From Eledone cirrhosa (Eukaryota), in the NCBI GenBank assembly GCA_964016885.1, contig OZ024743.1, positions 332,940,001 to 333,004,000 on the forward strand: a stretch of 64,000 bases of DNA, in the 5' to 3' direction. Both the position numbers and the translations under genes were made by a program. Below, piece after piece: positions 53,898-64,000 of this stretch. The notes under the pieces are model-generated. The model was not told the origin of the DNA. It worked only from the letters and a program-made list of their open reading frames with translations, and searched no databases. Positions within the stretch are counted from its first letter, which is position 1. Every line of letters starts with the position of its first letter.

Positions 53898-54047
53898 CTC
53901 TCCTCTTAATCGACAAGAACGTCGCACAACCCCAATGGCAATCGAGCCCTCTTCAGAGGTAGAAGAAACTGAAAATCTTTTGGTAGCCTTTGGTGTCCAC
54001 AGTGATTTGCGTTTAATGGGTTTGTGAACAACTTGAAACTTTTCAAG
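53898..54047 (-). CDS. SRA/YDG protein upstream exon (LEKFQVV...VRRSCRLRGE); start exon not found
   Basis: 150 nt, AG/GTAAGT, phase 0 to 0, open frame, basic RRSxRL motif. Confidence 0.78.
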
Positions 54048-56569
54048 CTAAAAAGAATGGAAAAAAGAAGGAAATTTAGGATCAAGAGAATCACTCATTG
54101 TAGACAGAAACTGTATGAATGAATACTCTTCATATATGTAAGAGTATTTGGCACACGATCATAACGTTGTGAGTTCAATTTCCAGTGACATGATGTATCC
54201 TTAAGCAAGACACTTTATTTCATGTTGTTCCAGTCCACCCAGCTGCCAAAAATAAGGTGTACCAGTAATTCAATGTGTCGGCATTTATTGTGTAAATCAC
54301 CAGAGTTCTCTCAGCCTATTTTTAGCAAGGCTTCTACAACTTGATACCTTTCTATTACGCCACCGGACAGGGTGTACTGGATGCATTTTTTATGGTACCA
54401 GCACTAGCGAGGTTCTGAGCCCTTGACAAGACATATGTATGTACATACATATTGGTGATCCACACAATAAATGTACCCACTACATGATGTATAGTTGGAG
54501 ATAGGAAAGACATCCAGCCGTAGAAAACTACCCAAATGTGGTGCCACAAAAGAAAAAGAAAAAAAAAGTACTTGGTAGAGTGTGGGAAATGTATGTAAGC
54601 AAAATGGGGACCCCACCCCAGCCTATTTGGGAAGTCAGTAGCTCAGCTTGAGCACAAACAAAGGAAAACATGTTCTGAGTGCAGAGGTGAAACTCCAGAG
54701 TAAGAAGGGTCCCCACTTAGCCATAATACTGACATACACATACAATATATATATACACACACACCTCATTGCTTTTATATCAGTTTTATGAGACAGCTTT
54801 ACTATAGCCAAATGGAAATCCTAGACACCTATTACTGTATTGGTGAATTGGCAGTATTGGTAGAGGGTCGGACATGCTTTCCAGCATAGTTACGTCCCTT
54901 TACGATCTGAGTTCAAATCCAGAGGTTAACTTTGCCTTTCATCCTTACGGGGTCGATAAAATAAAGTACCAGTAATGTACTGGGTAATTGCTGGCCTTGT
55001 GCCAAAAGTAGAAACAATTATTATAAGTATGATGACTTATCAGCACTGGATGTATATTATCTAAGGCGTGACTGCACCAAGGGAGGGGGAGGTAACTATG
55101 GAATAAGGTGTCGCAAGGAATCAAGCTTACAGTGACAACGATGCATTTCAGAATTAGGTACAAATGCAATGTTTGAACATGGATGTTGTGAATTGAAGTT
55201 CTTAAGTATATCACTGTCCCTGTAACCTCTAACCATCCAGAGAGAGAGAGAGAAAGGATGACTCAAAGGAAAAAAGTGATGTAATCTAAAAATGATATGC
55301 TCTCATTAATAACACAACTCCATTGATTAATCAATTAATTAATACAAGGTTATCAAGTATTTGAATTGAAGGAACACAAACACAACCAACTGGTCACAGA
55401 AATCGATTGATGATGCTAACGAAAGGACTCTTCATTTGTGTCAAAGACAACAATCTCCCTATTGCTGGTGCTATGACAAAATGCAGTGTACTCTGTAGAG
55501 TTCGAGAATGTAAACGGGACGCAGCCACAGTCCATCTGACAGATCAGTGGCTCAGTGGCACTAAGTACTGACTAGGTCTCTGATGACCTGTCCAACCCAT
55601 TGTTAGCTGGGAAAACTGACATTAAATGATGATGACTATGGTGTGCTTACCAAAAAACTCTAGAGTTGTCTCCCTTACTCGCACTAAGAATCAATATAAT
55701 TGTTTCTACTTTTGGCACAAGGCCAGCAATTATCTGTGCATTACTGGTACTTTATTTTATCGATCCCGTAAGGATAAAAGGCAAAGTAAACCATAGCCGG
55801 ATTTGAACTCAGGCCATAAAGGGGCATAACTCTATGCTACAAAGCATGACGTCCGACCCTCTACCGATACTGCCATGGTTTCTAATTCAAGTACATGGAC
55901 AACAATTTGGAGAGAGGGGGAAGTCGATTAAATCGACCCCAGTGCATGTGTTATTAATGGTACTTTATTTTATCATCCCAATCAGGATGAAAGGCAAAGA
56001 TAAACTCGACGAGATATGAAATCAGAACGCAGAACGTAAAGGGCTGTAATTCTATGCCGCAAAGCATCAAAATAATAACATTCAATTTTTATAGTTATCT
56101 TTTCGATATTCTTCCATTACTAACACCATATTTATTATTATTTAATAGCTGGCTCCTTCGTCTGGGCTAGTATGTATTTACCAATATTGTTTTGTTTTTT
56201 TACATGACAACAATTACCAAAACTTTCCTTAAATTACGCCATCACTTCTGAAAGATATTTTATGTACAAAACGACATGAAATGAAATTTAAACCATACAG
56301 GTTTAGCAAGCTTCCCAAATTGCATATCATGACGTTTCTAGAACTAGAAAAATGTTCAACACGCTGACGCCTATGTATATATCTGTGTGTGTGTGTGTGT
56401 GCATATGCATACATTTATATGTATCAGGCACATTTTCAAAAATACACTCAGACATACATTCGCACAAACACACAGCTTAGAAAATTCAACGCCAGCTGTT
56501 GTTTTGCTATAGTTTTTTCACCATCCCCTCCCTTTCACATTGTGTGACGGACGGAAGTCGTTCAAATTT

Positions 56570-56900
56570 ATATATAGATGTCCCACTCATATCATGAAAA
56601 GCAACGTAAAATGAAGCATCTTGTTCAAGAACCGAATCCAAAATCTCATGATCATCGGCCCAACACCATAACCGCACTTTCCATAATCCTATGATCATCA
56701 GCCCAACACCCTAAACACACTCTTTCTACAATCTTATGATCATTGGACCAACACCCTAACTACACACTTTCCATAATCTTATGATTGGACCAACACCCTA
56801 ACCACCATAATCCTATGATCATCAGCCCAACACCCTAACCACCACAATCTTTTGATCATTGACCCAACATCCTAACCACTAGGCCACACACTTCCACTAT
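56570..56900 (-). mobile_element. SINE with tandemly amplified tRNA-like head (about 6x, about 45 bp)
   Basis: ATGATCAT..GCCCAACACCCTAACC repeated; ends CCACTAGGCCACACACTTCC (A box on minus strand). Confidence 0.6.
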
Positions 56901-59900
56901 ATTTAAAGTGTCTAAAAAAAAATGATTATCACTGAAAACCCATTGATTTTGCTTCATCCGTGGTTTAAACAATTTCGTTAAAATTTTAAAATAGATGTGT
57001 GAAATTTAATATCTAATGTATGTAGAAATGAAAGAATAATTATGTATTTTCTTAATGAGTGGCTAAATAGTTCCTGCTCTTTCCCTCTTTTTTTTATTTA
57101 TGTCATTTATAGTCATTTATTTCCTCTACTATACAGCCAGATCTGCGCTTTTCCCTTTTTTCATTACTTAAATTCGTTTTTAGCTTTTTTTAAATATTTC
57201 CATCATTGCATAACATAGTTTACATATGTTTATGTATAACAAATAAAATATTTCAATCATTGTATAACTTGTCTATAAAATATAGTTGGCATAAGATGTT
57301 TGTATAATAGTGTAATAATAATATAAACAAGAAAATAAATATATCAAGAGAGAGACGTGGAAGAAAAATGTTATGGGACAGATTAAAGTGAAGACATAAA
57401 GATAGAGAACGCTCCCTGGCGGCAAGCAAGCTAAAACTATATTTCAGGAGGCGATAATTCACCAAACAATGGTTTATTTATCACACTGCCAGCAACTTAT
57501 ACACACTGTTTTATAAATATGAAAATGAGGATACAGGTATGTGGAGAAATCATATCGATTCATCTCTTTCTCTCTCTCCTTTAAGTTAAGCAAGTACACA
57601 CAAATATTTGTGAGGAGACCAAAACACTACATGTGGGTACACGTGTGTGTAAAATGTTTTTGATGTAGGGAGGGAGGGGGTTTAAAGCACCGGGTGCGAT
57701 TTCGATTCCGGATTTATAGTAACTCTCCCTCTCTCGTCCGCTAACGGCCCTTAGTAACGGTATGAAATACTCATTCATCTCCCTTCCATCAACAGTTATG
57801 AGTGAGTGTGTCTCTCGGTTCATTTCAGCCCGTCTGAGAAAGCCACCGTGTACTTCCTTACAGTGATAATCTTAACAAGCCAACAAACTTAAGCTGTTTA
57901 AGAATAGGTTGTATGTAGAAAGGTTAACAAATATCAAAACTAGAGAAAACTTTCGTACGGGAAAGGAGAATGAACGTGTGGCTTTATTTGATTTATTGAG
58001 GAAACACGAAGAAAGGGAAAATAAACTATGAATAACAAGAACAGAACAGAAGTTTAAAAGAAAGTCCGACTCTGTAATAATCATTTCTAATTGAGACACA
58101 AGAACAGCGATTTGGGGGAGGAAAAGTCAATTACATCTACCCGGTACATGACTGCTACATTTTATTTCATCGAACCCGGAAGGATGAAAATCAAAGTCGA
58201 CCTCGACAAAAATGTAGAGATGTCACGAAATACTGCAATGTATTCCATTCGATGCTCCAATTCTTCCAATCCACCGCCCTTCCATTCTGTAATAATTTTT
58301 TCTAGCATTGGCATAAGACCATCAATTTATGGGAAAGGGGAAAATTGATTAAATCGACTCCGGATGAATGAAAGGCAAACAAAACAAACCAATACTCCCC
58401 TAAAACGCGTCACCCAGGAAGTTTCTACACAGTTAGATCAGCTAGAAATAGCATTCAAATCTTCCTCAAATTACAGTCTTAAATACAACTTTAGCAGGTG
58501 TAACATCTGACATAAAATAACTACTCTCGGGTTGTGAACAATGACCTCCCCCACCATTAATTTTTCAAACCCCCAATTATTAAATTTTGTTAATCTATCT
58601 CGGGCCAAATTTTATTTTAAGTGGTAGCATCCCTGCGACAATTACTTTTTTTATACATAAAAAAATGTACATTACTAGAAATCTCATAGGTTATAAAAAT
58701 AGCATGTTTTGGGTCTCAATATGTAAACGACTAATTCTGGTTTTTAAAAAAGAATCAACAGAGACAATCTAGAAAAATTACCGATTTTCCACACCCCCTT
58801 ATTATTTGGGATTCTAGAGTAGATGGTCATAGCTGAAACGACAGGTCATAAGAGATAAATTGGAGCTATCAACGATAGTTGAAAATCTTAGTGAAATTTG
58901 TGTCTATAAATATTTTGGGAAAAGTTTTAAAGAACTACTCAAGTTAGTTAAGTTCTGATTGAGCAGACATTTGATCATTCCACTATAACCACACCAACAG
59001 TGAGAAGGTAAGAGCGGCGTGTTTCGTTTAAAGCATATAAAATGGCAGACAAAATGAAACTTGAACCTAATAGTTAACCTCATAAAGTAACTGTAATAAT
59101 CGTGGAGCAGTTAATACTGAAAGGTCTTTCTCTAAGATATTCACAAGATCATTATCATCATCGATTTTCCATCCGTTTTCCCTTGGATTGTACAGGTCCT
59201 TCTCAGCATCTCATCTCCCCACTCGCCGCGTTTCTTCATTTCTGTGAGTCTCAGCGATTTGAGGTCAGCTCTCACCACATCTGCTCAGGTCTTTCTTGGT
59301 CTACCTCTACTGCAGCTTCCTTCCACCTCTTCACCCATCGATCATTGTCCATGTGCATCACATGCCCATACCTACACCGTCTTCTCTCTTGCACACCAAC
59401 TCGAATTCCTTTAAAACCGAGCTTCTCCCTCAATTCGTCCAAGCTCTGTCTTTTTCTCACATTTACATTGCACATCCAAAGATAACTAATATATATTACT
59501 AACCTCACGCAATCATTTTCTGTGGATATTTTGCTTTTTATATAAAATGACAAAACGAAATTGAATGAAACGTGCAGGTCTTAAGCAAGAGTTTCTTTTC
59601 TGGGGTCTCATATCTGACTGTTTCACTCTGTTGAGTTAATCTATTGATGGGCAGTTGTTGAGGAAAGCGTCTTGAGTGGCACCACAACGACTGGCTGCAT
59701 TAGTTGCGGGAACATGATTGTTTGAATTGACATCAAACTGTTGAGGAAAATCTGATCAAAGGCATTCCAACCGTAACTATCTCGTCTATATATCGACAAT
59801 ACACTCTTGCAAGCATTTGAATAGAGTTTCCGACTTGAGAATACCTCCTCCCACGAACAACCTCTGAAAAAAAGTGATGGACACTGCAATTCCCTATCTG

Positions 59901-60490
59901 ACTAAACAATTAAAACATGAAAATATACATTGCCCAATGTGTCCTCCCTCTCCCCTTTTAATCAGGTAAACTGAATTAGGAGGATTTAGCTAATATCCTA
60001 GCAGAGTTTAGTGTCTGCGTGTGGGCTTTCTTTCGTTGGATCGAGTAAGACAAACAACAGCTGTTTAGGTCAAGCTTAACTGAGTAGACCTATGATCAAA
60101 GACCTGGATGCCCTGTCTTTTCGTATTGCCACTGTAAATTCACAATAAAATTCATACTACATGTGGGTTTAAATATGTCTTTCGAAATTTTTTTCAAAGA
60201 AACCAACAATGCTTCAAAATATGTATATTTAATGTTTTTAATAATAAATGCTTTATTTCACGTTGTTCTTTGTGACAGACAGTATCAGCAATTGAAAGAC
60301 CAATGGAAACATTGTTTCTTCGGTCTGAACGGACCCTTTTCTTTTATTTATAAACATAAAATATATATAATTAACAAGGATCTAATATAGTACCCCCACC
60401 CCTCTTATACAGGTGACCGAAGCACTAACTATCTATATATTGGATCAAATAATATCCTTGCTAAATATATTTTATATAATTACATGTTTT

Positions 60491-60821
60491 ATCATCATCA
60501 TCATCGTCCGCTTTTTCCCTGTTTGCAAAGGTGGGACGGGAACTGATTCTGGCTTGATTTCTACAGCTGGATGCCCTTCCTAACACCAACCTCATTTACA
60601 GTGAGTGCTGCGTGCTTTTTGCCGTGGCACCTACACAACCACTTTGCAGTGGAATGATAGGGACCCCAGTCCTATCATCTCATTTTTACAGCTGAGTAAA
60701 CTGGAGCAATGTGAAATAAAGTGTCTTGCTCAAGGAAACAACACATCACTCGGTCTGAGAATTGAACTCACAACCTTTCGATTACAAGGCTAATGCTTTA
60801 ACCACTAAGCCATGTGCCTCC
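60491..60821 (-). mobile_element. tRNA-SINE (same family as 12917-13251)
   Basis: Near-identical sequence. Confidence 0.9.
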
Positions 60822-62261
60822 ATTTATACTTTAAAAAAACAACAACACACGATTAAATATTTTAAGTATTATTGTTTGCTTCTTCAGCAAACTTGATGTT
60901 CGTGTATATACAGTCGCAAATATGAAGATAAGCATCTAAAAAAAAAACCTGTCATAGCCATCTTAAAGAAGTGGTGGTAATTTGAGAGTTGATTGCAGTT
61001 TTTAGCAAGTCAAACTACCACGTTTCCTCACATAATGTGTCACATCAAGCGTATCTTAATGACTATATAAGAACACTAACTTCAATGAGTTAATATTTAA
61101 TAATGCAACGTAGTACATATTTTAAGGTTGGGAAATTATTTGTTCACATCATTGGAAAGTGTTTTTTAATATTTTATGAATATAATTATTTCTTTTCAAC
61201 ATTTCATGTTTCTGGATTGGAATTTAATGAATTTAATTAATTATAGGTTTAAGTCGATTTAATTAGCTTCCTATCTACTAGATAGTAAGTTCAGTGTCTT
61301 CTATCGCCTCGAATTGTCAAACATATCTCATGACTCATAACTCAGCAGTTCAACAAATAGAGTTGGATACATCCTACCCTTTGAGCTACTAGCCATCACC
61401 CCCACTGTTATCTGATCTCAGTGACAAACCTTAAGCTACCATGATCCTTCTACAGGGTCACTCCGACATACTCCATCCCCCACAACGACCTCCCTTCTAG
61501 AGTTGGTGCCACGACAAATACATCCCGTGTACTCTGTAAAATGGTTGGCATTAGGAAAGGCATTCAGTTGTACAAACCATGCCAACACAAATCGTATCAA
61601 CAGAGACAACCTAGAAAAATGATCAATTTCCAAAGCCCCTTCCCCGCTATTATTTGGGACCTGAGAGTACATGAATGGCTGTTATTGGCATTGCTCTGTT
61701 TTATTAATCACAACATTGCTAAACTTAGGTCTTTAGATACCTATGTCAGTGGGAAATACCCTGTATCAATAACCGAAAATATTGAACAATGATAGTTATG
61801 TCTTCCTTATTTTCCAAAAATGTTTTGTAAATGTTGTTATCAAGTCGTAAAGTCCTCCCGAAGGCGTTCTAGCCATAAAGTCATCCATCTTATTTATCTT
61901 ATTCAATGGATTTCTTTTTTAAGGTGGTTAGGTTTGACGTCTGGGAAACTTGGCTGCTATTTCTAACACGTCGAGACACCTTACAGATATTCCTTCATTA
62001 ATTTGTGTAAATCAGACACAATATTGCCTCCTGAACAGGTTTCATTAATCCTCGTTCAGAACTTGTCCACTTTCACATTATACTCACTCTTGCCAATTGA
62101 TTTATTCAACTTTCTTTAAAATTTAAATATGTTCGTTTATTGTTTAAAATTAAAAAAATCTTTCTTTCAGATTTCTATCAAACAATATTAACGAGAAATG
62201 GTTGAAATGAAATAATTAGGAGAGGAGGAAAAGAAAAAAAAACAAAAAAAAAGCGATCAAA

Positions 62262-62930
62262 ATGCCGAAGATTATAACTAGAGAAAGTCTCCAAAACTTA
62301 ACATATCAAGAAAACAAACACGACGATTTCCTTCTTGCTGAAGTAGAAGCAATTCTTCGGCACCCTGACCCAACAAAAATTACTATTGCACCACCGTTCT
62401 TCCCGAAAGGTGGGGATGTTTATCTTTACAAATCAGGGCCCCATGACAGAAGAGTAAAAGATAATTACTGGTGGGTTAACAGAGGCAACAATTTCCATTC
62501 AAAAAGTCAAAAACGCCATGCTATTATGAAGACTTACTTCAGTCTAAAAGACAGAAACGGCAGCAAGAAAAGTGATTGTCTTAATGGATTCCGGCGCCAC
62601 ATCTACCGGCTGGCTGACACAAAAGATGACAAGAGAACACTAATGCTTGTTCACTACCTTGGAGATGAAAAACTACACACACCAGTCCCTCAAATTAACA
62701 GTAAAGTGAAGAATGGTAGAAACGGGAGTATCCGCCAAGGTAAAGTTGGCTTGGATATTATAAACCTCTCCGTGCAGAATTCTTATATAGCTAAAGGAGG
62801 ACTGAGAACTATTGATACCAAAAATAACAGGATTATAGAAATGAAACGACCAGTTTTTACGACTCAAACATTAAGAGAAAGCAGTTCTGACGATCTGAAA
62901 AACTGTTTGGAGAAGTTAAAACAAAATACG
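62262..62930 (+). CDS. First coding exon of a gene with a CG-1-like DNA-binding domain
   Basis: Acceptor TTTCTTTCAG at 62170, ATG 62262, donor GTAAGA at 62931 (223 codons, phase 0); PP..PKGGDVYLY, D.YWW, F.RHIY.L and MLVHYLGD pattern resembles the CAMTA CG-1 fold. Confidence 0.65.
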
Positions 62931-64000
62931 GTAAGATTTAGTCTTATTTTTATTTTCCAAGTAATGAAAATATTTTATTGTTTCACTTTCTGGAAAACTT
63001 GAAGTACTATTTCATTTTTTTAAAGGTTCAAACAATATGTAAACAATATATTTTAGTGCTTGACCAAAATAGCCCCCCCCCCCCCCCCCTGATGATAGAT
63101 GATAAATTAATATATCTGGTCCGAACTAATTTATTCCAAATGAGAGTTAGAGTTTCGAGTTAAATCAAACATTTTCATATAAATCTGACTCCAAATTGAT
63201 AAGCCATCCAAACATAGAACTAACCCTAATTTGTAATAAATTAGTTCGGATTATATATATATCTTCTTCGCCCACTTATTCGTGAGAGGGTCGTGGGGGA
63301 AGAGACCTCAAACACTCCTTCCAGCGGGTCCTGTCAGAAGCAGCCATTTCCAAACAGCCAAGCTCATGAATGTTATCCAATCATTTTGCTCGGTGTCTAT
63401 CGCTGGGTTTCCTGTCCATTATTCTGCATTCAAACAACATATTAATACACATTGATAGGTGCTTCTCCAGAATACTCCAACACTGTCTTGTGATAAATTA
63501 GTTCTGATTATATTATTATCTTATACTCTGGGGTCCCAATAGGGGGGGTGGTCTAGGTTGTCTCCCTTGATTTTTTGAAAACCAGAATTAGTCGTTTAGT
63601 TTACATATTGAAATCCCAACCTATTCTATTTATTTTATAAAGTGTGAGATATTTTTTTTGTAATGTACTTTTTTGCCATGTATAAAGAAAATTAATTGTC
63701 GCAGGAATAACACCCCTCTGGTAAGGACGCCGTTCGTGAACGACATAAAACTCCTACTGTTATAAAACGTATTTCGATGTAAGAGATAGATAAGAACACA
63801 TCAAAGGCTGTAGTTTCCCACTATTCTTTACAATACAGTGAGCCGCTTCATAAACAATGATAGTAATTGTGGGGAACGAATTTTGATCTGTTGATGTCAA
63901 CGACTACTCAGTTTCCTTCAATTTACATACAATTGTCGATAAACCACACATATATATAATCATCATTGATTAACTCCATTTTCCACGCTAGCATAGGTAG

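Noticed and set aside
42518-54047. Calling the gene UHRF1
   Set aside because: No RING, PHD or Tudor exons seen, and the finger loop differs.

Overview
AT-rich, intron-containing animal DNA dominated by (TA)n microsatellites and retroelements. The repeat complement suggests an octopus-like cephalopod (inference). Main finding: a 309-bp unit at 2.16-5.90 kb is repeated 4x on the minus strand and 8x on the plus strand, head-to-head. Every unit carries a type I hammerhead ribozyme (HHR) motif (CUGAAGA...GAAA-CGCG-UA) enclosed by a 16-bp stem, which looks like a non-LTR retrozyme or Penelope pLTR-derived array. Two unrelated solo HHRs lie at 18.6-18.85 kb, several decayed HHR-like motifs are scattered, and a Penelope GIY-YIG remnant lies at 8.9-9.4 kb. 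The window also holds many RTE-clade LINE copies with a PHD-like finger inside the RT region, partner tRNA-SINEs, a non-autonomous Helitron, a Tc1 remnant, MITEs and large minisatellites. Protein-coding content: a 7-exon minus-strand gene for an apparently stand-alone SRA/YDG protein (42.5-54.0 kb, first exon not located), a plus-strand exon encoding a CG-1-like domain (62.3 kb), and a possible decayed spliced gene at 23.5-28.7 kb. Most long ORFs in the track are microsatellite or minisatellite artefacts. All structural and homology calls were made by eye.
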